A stretch of DNA of 58,761 nt from Nitrospira sp. (GCA_019456345.1 VRUB01000002.1:1-58761); one strand, 5' to 3'. Shown: positions 45,108 to 55,468, numbered from the stretch's first letter. Numbers and translations are program-made. Notes: generated by a model from the sequence alone, not told the origin.

Positions 45108-46032
45108 ACTCATTACCTATCAGTGCCTCGATGTGGGCCACAACGCTACGGCCCAAGGCGGACAGGTTATAGCCGCCCTCCAGCGTCGAAACAATGCGCC
45201 CGTCAGCATGACGGTCGGCAACGCGTTTCACTTGAGCCGTTATCCATGCGTAATCCGCCTCCACCAGCTCGAGCTGCGCCAACGGATCCTCGGCGTGGGC
45301 ATCGAAGCCCGCCGAAAACAAAATCAGCTCGGGGCGGAAGTCATCGAGTGGTTGCAACCAATGCGCCTCGACCGCAGCGCGATACTCTTCGCTACCGGTC
45401 CCCGCCGGCAGCGGTATGTTAATGATGTGATCGCTGACGGTATCGGCACCCGTGCCCGGATAAAACGGGTGCTGAAAGCTGCTGCAGAACAGCACGCGCG
45501 GCTCATTGCGAAAAATATCCTCGGTGCCGTTGCCGTGGTGAACGTCAAAATCGACAATGGCGATGCGCTCGAGCCCGTGCTCGCTCAAGGCATGGGCGGC
45601 ACCGACGGCGATATTATCAAAGATGCAAAATCCCATTGCGCGATTGCGCTCGGCGTGATGCCCGGGCGGGCGAATGCTGCAAAAGGCGGCATTCACGTCT
45701 CTCGCCATCACCAGATCTACGCCGTGTACAACTGCACCGGCCGCACGCAGTGCCGCGTCCACGGTATGAGGATTCATGGCGGTGTCGCCATCGAGCCATA
45801 CGCATCCTTGCTCGGGGATGTTCGCGTAGATCAGATCGACGTAGCTGCTATCGTGCACGCGAAGCAGCTGGTCGCGCGTGGCCCGTGGCGCCTGCTGGTG
45901 CTGCAGTCGTCCATCAATCCCGGATGCGATCATGCGATCCATTATGGCAGCAAGTCGTTGCGGCCGTTCCGGGTGGTTAGGGCTTATCTCGTGCTTTTCG
46001 CAATCAGGATGTGAGATGAAGGCGACGGTCAT
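45106..46032 (-). CDS. Histone deacetylase-family (HDAC/AcuC/APAH-like) deacetylase
   Basis: 308 aa. RPPGHHAE, FC.FNN.A.GA and DFDVHHGNGTEDIF are class-defining motifs. Confidence 0.92.
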   Translation of the reverse strand: MTVAFISHPDCEKHEISPNHPERPQRLAAIMDRMIASGIDGRLQHQQAPRATRDQLLRVHDSSYVDLIYANIPEQGCVWLDGDTAMNPHTVDAALRAAGAVVHGVDLVMARDVNAAFCSIRPPGHHAERNRAMGFCIFDNIAVGAAHALSEHGLERIAIVDFDVHHGNGTEDIFRNEPRVLFCSSFQHPFYPGTGADTVSDHIINIPLPAGTGSEEYRAAVEAHWLQPLDDFRPELILFSAGFDAHAEDPLAQLELVEADYAWITAQVKRVADRHADGRIVSTLEGGYNLSALGRSVVAHIEALIGNE

Positions 46033-46127
46033 GATTGTCAGATACGCGACAGCTGTTCAAGGTGCAGTGACTAGCTTAACCTTTACGGACGACTCAAGGC
46101 CACCGCTCCTGACCCTGCGAAACGCGC

Positions 46128-46934
46128 TCAATGGAGCTTGCGCCGCGCTTCCTGGATGTGATCATAGGCACGGTTGATCTCCTGAACCTTTTCCTTTGCA
46201 ACCTTCATCATTTCCTCGGGAAGTCCCTTGGCCACCAGCTTGTCCGGGTGATGCTGGCTCATTAGCCGGCGATAGGCCTTCTTGATGTCCGCTTCGCTCG
46301 TGTCGCGCGGTACGCCGAGCACCGCATAGGCCTCCGCGAGCGAGGGCTTGGTGACACCGGGCTCGGCGCCGGTGTAATAATTATGATAATGCTGTGTGCC
46401 TTGAATCATGGCGGCCAGGTGCTCGAACTCCTCCCGGGAGAAACCCAGGCGCTCGAAGATATGCTGCAGCACTCGACGCTCGGCTGCATCTAGGCGTTGG
46501 TCCGCGAACGCAGCCTGTAACTGGATCTCCAGGAACATCCGCATCACCGTGTGACGATGGTGGCACTCGCGCCGGAACTGCTCGAGCACCTCATCTAACG
46601 GAAAGTCCGCCTGTCTGCCCGTGTTGAAGAGGTTGATGGCGGCGGCGCGCTGCTCCGGTGACAAGCCCATCTGCGCCATCACCGCCTGGGCCATGGAGAT
46701 CTCCTGCGGGGATACGTGCCCGTCGGCTTTCGCGATATGCCCCATGACGGAGAAGGTCGCGGTGAAGAAGGCCGCCTGTACCCTTTCTTGATCACCAATG
46801 CGGTAGCGTGCGCCCACGCGATCGCCCAGGGCCGCGTCGACCTGATGGCCGAGCGCGGCGCCCATGATCGCCCCCAGCGGCCCCCCGAGCATGAAGCCGA
46901 AAGTGCCACCGATGAGTTTTCCCCACCAAGCCAT
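46128..46934 (-). CDS. djlA: Co-chaperone DjlA (membrane-anchored J-domain protein)
   Basis: N-terminal Gly-rich TM segment (WGKLIGGTFGFMLGGPLGA), a TerB-like middle region and a C-terminal J domain with HPD (YRRLMSQHHPDKL). Confidence 0.9.
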   Translation of the reverse strand: MAWWGKLIGGTFGFMLGGPLGAIMGAALGHQVDAALGDRVGARYRIGDQERVQAAFFTATFSVMGHIAKADGHVSPQEISMAQAVMAQMGLSPEQRAAAINLFNTGRQADFPLDEVLEQFRRECHHRHTVMRMFLEIQLQAAFADQRLDAAERRVLQHIFERLGFSREEFEHLAAMIQGTQHYHNYYTGAEPGVTKPSLAEAYAVLGVPRDTSEADIKKAYRRLMSQHHPDKLVAKGLPEEMMKVAKEKVQEINRAYDHIQEARRKLH

Positions 46935-47044
46935 TAGAAAGTCAGGTACAAGCGAAAAGATTTATGATTTAAGTCAGACGGGATCACAGGCAACAGCGAA
47001 CGTTACCAGTGCGAAGAGCAGTCGTGCAAGCGGCGAGACGCGAG

Positions 47045-47356
47045 CTAATTGAGAAAATCGGAGAAAAACTCCCGGAGCTCGAACAAGAACGCCGCCGTAA
47101 ATGCCAACCCCAATACGCCGACCGCGATGCGCACCGAGCGTGCAGCGCGCTTGGCCTTTTCATCGGCGGGCAGGTCTTTGAGCGCGGGGCGGGTCACATG
47201 CGGTTGCGGCGCATCGTGATCCGCGCGCAGACCGGATTCGATCCTGGCGAGCTGCTCGTCCTGCCAGACTACGCTCTCGGACGTACGATTGCGGTTGCCG
47301 CTGCGGTGCCGGCCAGCCTTATCGGGCATGGATTGGTGGATGGGTGCGGGTGCCAA
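47045..47356 (-). CDS. Hypothetical small protein with C-terminal TM segment (doubtful)
   Basis: 103-aa ORF with a TTG start and no convincing SD. One hydrophobic segment (IAVGVLGLAFTAAFLF). Upstream of djlA on the same strand. No family recognised. Confidence 0.3.
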   Translation of the reverse strand: MAPAPIHQSMPDKAGRHRSGNRNRTSESVVWQDEQLARIESGLRADHDAPQPHVTRPALKDLPADEKAKRAARSVRIAVGVLGLAFTAAFLFELREFFSDFLN

Positions 47357-47525
47357 GTAGTAATCCGTGCCCGCTCGCTGCTGTCACATAAACCCCCGCT
47401 ATAGCCCAATACAGGGATTAAGCATTTTGTCGTGTCAAATCGCACAGCGAGCGTCTTTGGCTTGTCGCTGCGACCGGCTTCTAATACCCTAGCGCCGTCC
47501 GAAAACGGACACCCGGCCAACCTTG

Positions 47526-49982
47526 ATGCAACGTCAAATCACATTCGCTACGGTGCCCACCACAGGCGTCACGCTGTCGCGCCCGCGCCTGCTGCGCTGG
47601 GCCGCACTCGCCGTGCTCGTGTGCATCGCGCTTACCCTTAGCACTGACCTGTGGGCGCAAGAGAAGAGCGAGGAGCGGCAGCCGCAAGACCTGGCTAGGG
47701 AGGTGGGCCAGATCGAGCGTGCGCTCGTACGCGCCCCGGCGGGCGAACAAACGCTCAGCGGCTGGCTCAAGTCGTTAACGGCCATCAAGAAAGTCGCCAG
47801 CGCATGCGTTCCCAAGACCGAGAAGGCGCTCGATAAGGTCAAGGGAGATCTCAACAACCTGGGCGTGCCCGGCAAGGGCGAGCCGCCGGAGGTGGTGCGC
47901 CAGCGCAAGGCGCTGGCGCAAGAGAAGACCCGACTGGAAAACCGCCTGGCCACCTGTCAGGTACTGATCCAGCGCAGCAGCGACCTGCTGCCCAAGATTG
48001 CCCGCCTGCAAGACCGGTTGCGAGCGCAGCGCTTGTTCGCCCGCGGCCCGACCATCGTGGCCATTCTGGGAGACGAGCAGCTCGCACTCGGGGTGCTGGT
48101 GGAAGCGGCAAAGACGTTCATCACTACGCGCAGTGTGTTGGCGCAGGCCTCATCCACCGAGCTGGGGGTCCTTGTTCTTGTGCTTGTCGTGGCGACGGCG
48201 CTGGGCATGCTGCTGAGAAGGCAGATGATGGGCTGGGCCCGGCGTCACCGCTGGCACGACAACCTCGCGGGCCAGCTCGGCCGATCGCTGGTCACCGTCT
48301 TCGCTCACTACGCGCCCTACCTGCTCTTTGGCATCGCAGCGGCCGCCTTTTTCTTCTATTTCACTCTCGGCCCCCGCACGCTACCGGTTCTCGGTGTTGT
48401 GCTGTTCGGCCTGCCGCCGTATTTTCTAATGGCGACGGTGATCCACGTGTTTCTGGCGCCCTTCGCGCCGGGCAAAGTATTTTGGAATGTGCCGAAGGAC
48501 GTCGGCAGGGCGCTGGCGATCAGCCTGAAGGCCTTCCTGCTGCTGGTATTTGCCCTTTACCTGGTGTTGGCAACGGTATTGACCCAGAGCCTGCCGCCAC
48601 CGTTCTTGCTGCTCGCGCGGGGTGTGTTTGCGATCCTCGCCTTCTTGAACCTCGTGTGGGTGCTCTATCTGCTTGGCCGTATTCCGGCGTTGGTGAAAAC
48701 ACTCTGGCTGCGCGCGATCGTGCTGCTGGTGCTGCTTACCGCGATCGCCGCGGAGCTGGTAGGTTACGGCAATCTTTCTATCTGGGTGTTGCGCGATGTC
48801 GTCGGCACGCTTATCGCGTTCGGGATCCTGAAGCTCCTGCTGCATCTGTTTGGCGATCTTTTTGACGGCTTGGACGCGGGGCGTTACGCCTGGCACCGCC
48901 GTGTGCGCAAGGTGCTGGCCTTAAAGCCGGGCGACCATATAGCGGGGCTGGCGTGGATGCGCTTCGTTGTCGCCTCGTTTCTCTGGGCTACGTTCCTGGT
49001 CGCGCTGCTCTATATCTGGGGCCTGCCGCAGGCGCATCTGAATCAGCTGTACACACTTGCGGTAGACGGCTTCACGGTCGGCTCTCTTACGATCAATCCG
49101 TCGCGCATCGTGCTCGCCATTCTCATTCTTTCGGTGCTGCTGGCCCTGAGTGGTTGGATCCGTAGCCGCCTGGCGCGGCGTTGGTTGCCGAGGACACGCA
49201 TGGAGCGCGGTACACGCGAAGCGATGGTCACGATGAGCCGCTATGTCGGCATCACCATCGCTTTTGTCGTGGCACTGTCGGTATCCGGCGTGCAGTTCAC
49301 CAATCTCGCCATTATAGTCGGTGCGCTCTCGGTGGGCATCGGTTTCGGGCTGCAGAGCGTCGTCAACAACTTCGTCTCGGGCCTGATCCTGCTGTTCGAG
49401 CGCCCGATTAAGACCGGTGACTGGATTGTCGTCGGCGACATAGAAGGCTATGTAAAAAGTATCCGGATCCGCTCCACCCAGATCCAGACCTTTGACCGTG
49501 CCGATGTCATCGTGCCGAACTCCGATCTCATCTCCAACCCGGTCACCAACTGGATGCTCAAGGAATCACGCGGCCGGATCCGGATTCCCGTCGGTGTCGC
49601 CTACGGCAGCGACACGGAAAAGGTCAGAGACATACTGCTTGAGGTGGCCAGCGGGCACGACATGGTCATCAAAGACGGAAGTGCACCGGAGCCGCAGGTG
49701 CGGTTTCGGGGTTTCGGCGACAGCTCACTCGATTTCGAGCTGCGCTGTCACATCGACCACATCGATAACCGGATGCTGGTGATCAGCGATCTGAACTTCG
49801 CGATCGATAAGGCGTTTCGCGAGCATGACGTCGAGATCCCGTTCCCGCAACGCGACATCCATGTCCGCACGTGGGCTGCCCCGCAAAAAGGTCTTCCCAC
49901 GTTGCGCAAGGCACCGCCCCGCAAGCGTCCGCAGCCCGCGGCCCGCAAAGCCAAGGCGAGGCCCCCGGACGCAGACGACTGA
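47526..49982 (+). CDS. MscK/KefA-type mechanosensitive ion channel (MscS superfamily)
   Basis: 818 aa from ATG 47526. Signal and coiled-coil periplasmic N-domain, multiple TM segments, and the MscS core (GIGFGLQ..V.NF.SG.I.L.ERP...GD.I.V). Confidence 0.9.
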   Translation: MQRQITFATVPTTGVTLSRPRLLRWAALAVLVCIALTLSTDLWAQEKSEERQPQDLAREVGQIERALVRAPAGEQTLSGWLKSLTAIKKVASACVPKTEKALDKVKGDLNNLGVPGKGEPPEVVRQRKALAQEKTRLENRLATCQVLIQRSSDLLPKIARLQDRLRAQRLFARGPTIVAILGDEQLALGVLVEAAKTFITTRSVLAQASSTELGVLVLVLVVATALGMLLRRQMMGWARRHRWHDNLAGQLGRSLVTVFAHYAPYLLFGIAAAAFFFYFTLGPRTLPVLGVVLFGLPPYFLMATVIHVFLAPFAPGKVFWNVPKDVGRALAISLKAFLLLVFALYLVLATVLTQSLPPPFLLLARGVFAILAFLNLVWVLYLLGRIPALVKTLWLRAIVLLVLLTAIAAELVGYGNLSIWVLRDVVGTLIAFGILKLLLHLFGDLFDGLDAGRYAWHRRVRKVLALKPGDHIAGLAWMRFVVASFLWATFLVALLYIWGLPQAHLNQLYTLAVDGFTVGSLTINPSRIVLAILILSVLLALSGWIRSRLARRWLPRTRMERGTREAMVTMSRYVGITIAFVVALSVSGVQFTNLAIIVGALSVGIGFGLQSVVNNFVSGLILLFERPIKTGDWIVVGDIEGYVKSIRIRSTQIQTFDRADVIVPNSDLISNPVTNWMLKESRGRIRIPVGVAYGSDTEKVRDILLEVASGHDMVIKDGSAPEPQVRFRGFGDSSLDFELRCHIDHIDNRMLVISDLNFAIDKAFREHDVEIPFPQRDIHVRTWAAPQKGLPTLRKAPPRKRPQPAARKAKARPPDADD

Positions 49983-50271
49983 AGAAGTCCGCCGGGGCCG
50001 GTACAATTCCAGGGCCCGGGATCCCATAAGCGTACAAAACTATCAAGGTCGACCGCATGCTTGAGTCATCATTCCGTTTTGGGACCAATGACGACTTTCC
50101 TTTCCATCGAGAAATTTCTTGCGTGCGCGGCTGTCTGCAATGAAGGCGATTGGAAGCGCCGCTGGCGAACGGTGCGACGCGTGGTAGCATAGATGGCGCA
50201 ATATAACGGCCTGCCACACAGCAAGGCCCTTCCGCTCTGCGCAATGGTTTGAGTCTAAGTCTCTCACTGGC

Positions 50272-51366
50272 ATGCGACATCCTCGAATCTGCACGATACC
50301 TGGCGTAGTGCGCCTGGTTCGAACCTCTGGTGCGGCGGCCGCCCTGGCGGGCGTGCTTGTACTCGCCGCAATGGCGCAGGGCCCGCCGGCCGTGCCCGTC
50401 GTGGTAGCAACGGCCGCGGAGCGCGTGCTCGCGCCGGTCACGTATTTTGCCGGCACCGTGATCAGCCGCGACGATGCCCGCATTGCGGCCGAAGTCGCCG
50501 GGCGCCTGACGTGGGTCGCCGAGGTGGGGACGGCGGTAAAACGGGGCCAGCTGGTGACCCGGCTCGAAGCTACATTGATACGCGATACCTTGGCCGAGCG
50601 CGAGGCCACGGTGCTGCGCGAGCAGGCGCGCGTGACGTTCTACACGCAGGAGGTCAAGCGGCTGGCGCCGCTGGTCAAACGCAAGATTGTCACGCCCAGC
50701 AACCTCGACCAGGCCATCTCGAATCGGGATGTGGCCAAGGGCGAGGTGGCGGTGGCGCGTGCCCGCGTTAAACTCGCCAAGGAACGGCTCGCACGCACGC
50801 AGATCTACGCGCCCTTCAGCGGTGTGGTGACCGAGAGGCTGAAGCGGGTCGGTGAGTGGGCGGAGCCCGGGGAAGCCGTTGTGCACCTGGTCGATTCGCA
50901 TGCACTCGAGGTGCAGACCAGGGTGCCGGCCGAGACCCTCGCGTTCATCAAGGCTGGCACCGTGCTCAAGCTCACCGCAAGCCCAAAAAATGGCGAGGGC
51001 CATGTGAGGACTATCGTGCCGGTGGGTGATGACCGGTCGCGGCTCTACGAGCTGCGCCTGAGCCTGGAAGACAGCGCATGGCCTGCCGGGCAAACCTTGC
51101 GGGTTGCCGTACCGACCGCTACGCCGCGCAAGGTCATCGCGGTGCCGCGCGATGCGCTCGTGCTCAGACGTGACGGTGTCAGCGTGTACCGGATCCTGGA
51201 CGATGACACCGCCGAGCGCGTGGGGGTGATCCCGGGGATCGCCGAGGGCGCATTCATCGAGGTGCGCAACGGCATTCACGCCGGTGACCGCGTTGTGATC
51301 CGTGGCGGTGAACGCCTGCGCCCGGGGATGAAGGTCAAAGTGCTGCCGACCGCGACAAAGCCGTGA
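50272..51366 (+). CDS. Efflux RND transporter periplasmic adaptor subunit (MFP)
   Basis: 364 aa. Signal/TM N-terminus, coiled-coil hairpin and beta-barrel blocks are typical of HlyD/AcrA-like adaptors. The stop overlaps the RND gene start (GTGA). Confidence 0.9.
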   Translation: MRHPRICTIPGVVRLVRTSGAAAALAGVLVLAAMAQGPPAVPVVVATAAERVLAPVTYFAGTVISRDDARIAAEVAGRLTWVAEVGTAVKRGQLVTRLEATLIRDTLAEREATVLREQARVTFYTQEVKRLAPLVKRKIVTPSNLDQAISNRDVAKGEVAVARARVKLAKERLARTQIYAPFSGVVTERLKRVGEWAEPGEAVVHLVDSHALEVQTRVPAETLAFIKAGTVLKLTASPKNGEGHVRTIVPVGDDRSRLYELRLSLEDSAWPAGQTLRVAVPTATPRKVIAVPRDALVLRRDGVSVYRILDDDTAERVGVIPGIAEGAFIEVRNGIHAGDRVVIRGGERLRPGMKVKVLPTATKP

Positions 51367-54300
51367 CGCTCACACGCCTTGCACTCGGTAATCCGGTAGC
51401 TGCCTTCGTGGCCGTGTTGCTGGTCGTCCTGTTCGGCGCGATTGGTCTGAGCCGCTTGCCTATTCAGCTCACGCCTGAGGTGGAAAAGCCCGAGATCACC
51501 ATTCTCACAAGCTGGCGCGCGGCCGCACCTGAGGAGATCGAGGCCGAGATCCTCGAACCCCAGGAGAAGGTCCTGCGCGGTCTGCCGGGCATGGTGGAGA
51601 TGCTGTCTAAGGCGCGGCGCGGCCAGGGCGAGATCAGTGCCAAGTTTATTGTCGGGTTCGACCTGCAGCGTGCGTTGGTCGAGGTGCTCAATCGCTTGAA
51701 CCAGGTTCCGCGCTACCCGGAGGACGCGGACGAGCCCGTAATCAGCACGGTCGGCGGACGCAGCCGCCCGATCGCCTGGTTCATTATCAAGACGCTGCCC
51801 GGCAACGATCGCGACATCCAGAGCTACGAAGACTACATCGAGGAGGTCGTGCAAACCCGTTTCGAGCGCGTACCCGGCGTCGCCCTATCAGAAGTGCGCG
51901 GTGGTCGCGAACGGGAAGTGCGCATCACCTTTGATCCCTACAAGGCCGCCAGCCTCGGTGTTCAGTTTCCAGTGGCGGCGCGGCTCACCGGCGGCAATGA
52001 GAATATCTCCGCAGGCACTGCCGATGTGGGAAAACGTCGATACACGGTGCGTTTCATGGGCGCCTTGCAGCCCCAGACCATGGGCGAGCTGGTGCTCGAG
52101 TGGCGCGATGGGCGGCCAGTGCGTCTGCGCGACGTTGCCGACATCGACGTGACCCTGGAGGACCGCAACAGCTTCGTCATCACTAAGGGCACAGCCGCGA
52201 TGGCCGTGAATGCACACCGCGAGATTGGGGTGAATGTGTTGGAAGTGATGGACGGGCTCCAACAGGCCACCGCCGAGCTGGGCGCAGGACCGCTTGCGCG
52301 GGCGCAATTGTCCATCGAGCAGGTGTATGACGAGACCATCTATATTCACCGCTCCATCGAGATGTTGCGGAACAATCTGGCGCTGGGAATTCTGCTCGCG
52401 GTGGGTGTCTTGTGGTGGTTTTTTCGCCGCTTTCGCGCCACGCTCATGGTTGCCGCCGCGATTCCACTGTGCGTGGCGGCGGCGTTTGTCGTACTCGATG
52501 CCAGTGGCCACACCCTCAACGTAATCTCCTTGGCCGGGCTGGCATTCTCCATAGGCATGGTGCTGGATGCGGCCATCATTGTGTTGGAGAACATCGTGCG
52601 GCTGCGTGAGCGCGGCGAAAAGGCTGAAACGGCAGCAGATCGCGGCACCACGCAGGTCTGGGGCGCGTTGCTGGCCTCCACGGCAACGACAGTCGCGATC
52701 TTCCTGCCAATCGTGTTTCTCAAGGATGAGGCGGGCCAGCTTTTCGCCGACCTCGGGATTGCGATTGCGGTGGCTATTACCGCCTCGTTGATTGTCGCAG
52801 TTACGATCGTTCCCACCGCCGCGAAGCAATGGTTGAGCAAAATAAATCTACACGATCGCCACGCCCACTGGTGGCGCAACGGCACCGCGCTCATCATGCG
52901 CCTGACCGATACGCCCGGGCGGCGCGGTGCGTGGATCGCGGGGCTCCTGAGTGTGCCGTTGCTCGTGACCTGGTTACTGGTTCCCAAGGCCGATTACCTG
53001 CCGGAAGGCAACCGCAACCTTGTTTTTGCGTTCATCCTGCCACCGCCCGGTGTCAACATCGACCACATCGAGGAAGAGATGGGCCGCGTGATCGCGCAGC
53101 GCCTGGAGCCCTACATCAAGGGCGAGAAGGAACCCAAGATCAAGCACTACTTCTTTGTCGCTTTTCCCGGCGGGGTGTTCATGGGCGCGCGCGCCGAGAA
53201 TGACCGTGACGCCGACGCGCTGCTGCCGGCGGTCGACGCCGCGATCCGTGGTTTTCCCGACACGCTCGCGTTTACGCGGCGTGCGTCGCTGTTCGGCGGC
53301 TTTGCCGGGGGGCGCAGCATAGACATGAACCTGCAGGGGCGAAACATGGAGACGGTGCTCGAAGCGGCGCTGGTGGCCTTCGGCACAATCCAGAAAGAGT
53401 TGCCGGGTGCAGTCGTGCGCCCGCTGCCCGGCCTGGAGCTTGCCGAGCCAGAGCTGCGCCTGATGCCGATTGAGCGTCGTGTCGCCGAGGCCGGCTGGGA
53501 CCGTCAGATCTTGGCGGGCGTGTCGCGGGCGCTGGGCGATGGGTTGTTCGTCGGCGATTACTTCGATGGCGAGGAGCGCCTGGACATTATCGTGCGGGTA
53601 GAAGGCTGGTCGACCCCGGAGGAGCTGGGCGCGATTCCACTGGCGACCCCGCGGGGCGGTATTCTGCCGGTGTCCGAGCTGATGGAAATCGTCCGCACCG
53701 CCGGGCCCGACCAGATCCGCCGCCTCGACCGTCGCCGCACGGTGACGCTGGAGATCCGGCCGCCCGACGGCGTTTCTCTGGAGGAGGCGCTGCAGGTCCT
53801 GCGGGACAAGGTCCAGCCTATCGTCGAGCGTTTCCTGCCGGAAGACGGTGCTATCCGCTACACCGGCACCGCGGACCAGCTTGAGGTGGCACTCGAACAA
53901 ATGACCGGCAGCTTCCTGCTCGCGATCGCGATCCTCTACCTGCTGATGAGTGCGTTGTTTCGCTCCTTCCTCGACAGCCTGTTGGTGCTGCTGGCACTAC
54001 CGCTTGCCACTGTGGGCGGGGTTGTGGCGCTGCGCCTTGTTAACCTCGTTACCTTTCAACCGATGGACATGCTGACCATGATCGGCTTTATCATCCTGCT
54101 GGGCCTGGTGGTCAACAATGCCATCCTGCTGGTGCACCAGACGCGGGCGGCGGAGCGCGAAGGCACTTCGAGGCGCGCGGCGGTGGAGCAGGCTGTCGGC
54201 CTGCGCTTGCGGCCGATTCTGATGAGTACGCTAACCAGCATATTCGGTATGCTGCCGCTTATGCTGATGCCCGGGGCGGGCACCGAGCTCTATCGTGGCC

Positions 54301-54431
54301 TGGCCGCGGTGATTGTCGGCGGCATGTCGGTTAGCACCGCCTTCACGCTGATACTGCTCCCCAGCCTGTTGCGGATCGGCGAGGCCCCTCGCCGGCCCTC
54401 CCCAATAATTGCAGAGGCGGAATCGGTGTGA
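51363..54431 (+). CDS. RND family efflux permease (AcrB/AcrD/AcrF family)
   Basis: 1022 aa with 12-TM RND topology and two large periplasmic loops. Typical N-terminus (L...NPV.A.V.V.L.V.FG......LP.QL.PE). Confidence 0.95.
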   Translation: MTLTRLALGNPVAAFVAVLLVVLFGAIGLSRLPIQLTPEVEKPEITILTSWRAAAPEEIEAEILEPQEKVLRGLPGMVEMLSKARRGQGEISAKFIVGFDLQRALVEVLNRLNQVPRYPEDADEPVISTVGGRSRPIAWFIIKTLPGNDRDIQSYEDYIEEVVQTRFERVPGVALSEVRGGREREVRITFDPYKAASLGVQFPVAARLTGGNENISAGTADVGKRRYTVRFMGALQPQTMGELVLEWRDGRPVRLRDVADIDVTLEDRNSFVITKGTAAMAVNAHREIGVNVLEVMDGLQQATAELGAGPLARAQLSIEQVYDETIYIHRSIEMLRNNLALGILLAVGVLWWFFRRFRATLMVAAAIPLCVAAAFVVLDASGHTLNVISLAGLAFSIGMVLDAAIIVLENIVRLRERGEKAETAADRGTTQVWGALLASTATTVAIFLPIVFLKDEAGQLFADLGIAIAVAITASLIVAVTIVPTAAKQWLSKINLHDRHAHWWRNGTALIMRLTDTPGRRGAWIAGLLSVPLLVTWLLVPKADYLPEGNRNLVFAFILPPPGVNIDHIEEEMGRVIAQRLEPYIKGEKEPKIKHYFFVAFPGGVFMGARAENDRDADALLPAVDAAIRGFPDTLAFTRRASLFGGFAGGRSIDMNLQGRNMETVLEAALVAFGTIQKELPGAVVRPLPGLELAEPELRLMPIERRVAEAGWDRQILAGVSRALGDGLFVGDYFDGEERLDIIVRVEGWSTPEELGAIPLATPRGGILPVSELMEIVRTAGPDQIRRLDRRRTVTLEIRPPDGVSLEEALQVLRDKVQPIVERFLPEDGAIRYTGTADQLEVALEQMTGSFLLAIAILYLLMSALFRSFLDSLLVLLALPLATVGGVVALRLVNLVTFQPMDMLTMIGFIILLGLVVNNAILLVHQTRAAEREGTSRRAAVEQAVGLRLRPILMSTLTSIFGMLPLMLMPGAGTELYRGLAAVIVGGMSVSTAFTLILLPSLLRIGEAPRRPSPIIAEAESV

Positions 54432-54454
54432 TCCTGTATGAGTCCCCATCCCTG

Positions 54455-54475
54455 CCCTCCCCCGGAGGGGGAGGG
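54455..54475 (+). terminator. GC-rich hairpin downstream of RND gene (possible terminator / REP-like)
   Basis: CCCTCCCCC-gga-GGGGGAGGG, 24 nt after the stop. There is no following T-tract, so intrinsic-terminator status is uncertain. Confidence 0.35.
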
Positions 54476-54863
54476 TGAACCTGTGAACTTCGTTAGCTAA
54501 GATCTTCCCTCCCCGGCCAGTCGGGAGGAGGGGCAGCAGGCCGCTCGGTTAAGTGACCCCGCTGGGAAACCGAGCAGTGTCTGCTCAAGCAACTGCAATT
54601 TTTCCGGGAAGAACGAAATGCACACGCGGGTCCGCTCTGTGCGGATGCGTGATAGCCGGGCGCCTCACGTTGTTGCGGCATGCACAGAACTTGTGCTCAC
54701 TGACAACCTCGGGTAGGCAGCGCTTTGTCGACGCAACGAATCGTGTTATGGACGAAGGTGATGGGATTGCCGAAGGGTGTGACGGTGGATGATGCCGCTC
54801 GGCGTCTGATGGCGGCGTGAATAATATAGCGTGGGTGAGCCGGACTCGCGCTACGATCGGTCT

Positions 54864-55049
54864 TCAGCTGGTTGCGGCCAACACGATGCGATCGATGCCG
54901 TCGCTCTTCACTTGGTAGGGTCGGGCGCTGTAGGCGAACCGCCGAACGATCTTTTCGGCTTCCAGATGGATCGCGTCCATAGTACCGCTCAGTACGATCA
55001 TGTCGCCGTAGTATTGAATCGTGAACCCAGACGCTTTGCGCATAACCAT
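54864..55049 (-). CDS. Hypothetical 61-aa protein, divergent from the RHH-PIN pair
   Basis: ATG 55049 is preceded by AAGGAG with 7-nt spacing. No family recognised. Its putative promoter is a near-copy of the RHH-PIN promoter/operator. Confidence 0.6.
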   Translation of the reverse strand: MVMRKASGFTIQYYGDMIVLSGTMDAIHLEAEKIVRRFAYSARPYQVKSDGIDRIVLAATS

Positions 55050-55236
55050 TGTCTAACTCCTTGTTCGCTTGCTAATGCTCGTGTCCTCGCTACTCGACAC
55101 GGTTGGGTTCCCACTCCCTTCGGTTCGTACCAGGCCGGGAACCCGGCTCTGTCTAACACTAAGCAACACCCGTGCCAGATTGACCTTAGCGTATGAATTC
55201 GACCAGAAATCCCGAGGAAGAAGAGTATTTTTTGGT

Positions 55237-55257
55237 TTGTATTATATTGTAATACAT
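55237..55257 (-). promoter_or_regulatory. Operator/promoter copy L (dyad GTATTA-N5-TAATAC with embedded TATAAT), facing the 61-aa gene
   Basis: The minus-strand reading ATGTATTACAATATAATACAA is 19/21 identical to copy R. TATAAT lies at 55246-55241. Confidence 0.5.
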
Positions 55258-55447
55258 ATTTGGATTGGCCGAACCCATGACAGCCGGTGTCCAACCCGGA
55301 TAAACGTGTCTGTCTGGTCCTGCCCGTGAATCGGGCTGTTCTTTATAAACATCGGCATGCGCAGTGACTCCGGGGTGGGGCCAGGAAAGGTCGTACGAGA
55401 GGATGATCCACCTGTTTTTGCGTTCAGCCTTGCCTTAGGCGCAAGTA

Positions 55448-55468
55448 ATGTATTACATTATAATACAT
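55448..55468 (+). promoter_or_regulatory. Operator/promoter copy R (dyad GTATTA-N5-TAATAC with embedded TATAAT), facing the RHH-PIN operon
   Basis: ATGTATTACATTATAATACAT, with TATAAT at 55459-55464. It overlaps the first ATG of the antitoxin ORF. Confidence 0.5.

Noticed and set aside
45064-46014. 316-aa ORF almost exactly antisense to the HDAC-family gene
   Set aside because: The minus-strand product has unmistakable deacetylase motifs (DFDVHHGNGT, HHAE). The plus-strand ORF has none and begins inside a repeat element.
50316-50325. tRNA T-arm-like GGTTCGAACC (and a similar GGGTCGTTCGAACCC near 22466)
   Set aside because: The first lies inside the adaptor-protein CDS. Neither has acceptor, D or anticodon stems around it, so no tRNA could be folded by eye.
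49783-51279. 498-aa ORF antisense to the MscK 3' end and the RND adaptor gene
   Set aside because: It is a shadow ORF opposite two confidently assigned genes. It crosses their intergenic region and is low-complexity (Arg/Gly/His-rich), with no recognisable motifs.
54493-54792. 62- and 79-aa ORFs in the spacer after the RND gene
   Set aside because: They overlap on opposite strands, lack SD sequences, have odd (Cys/Arg-rich) composition and show no family resemblance.
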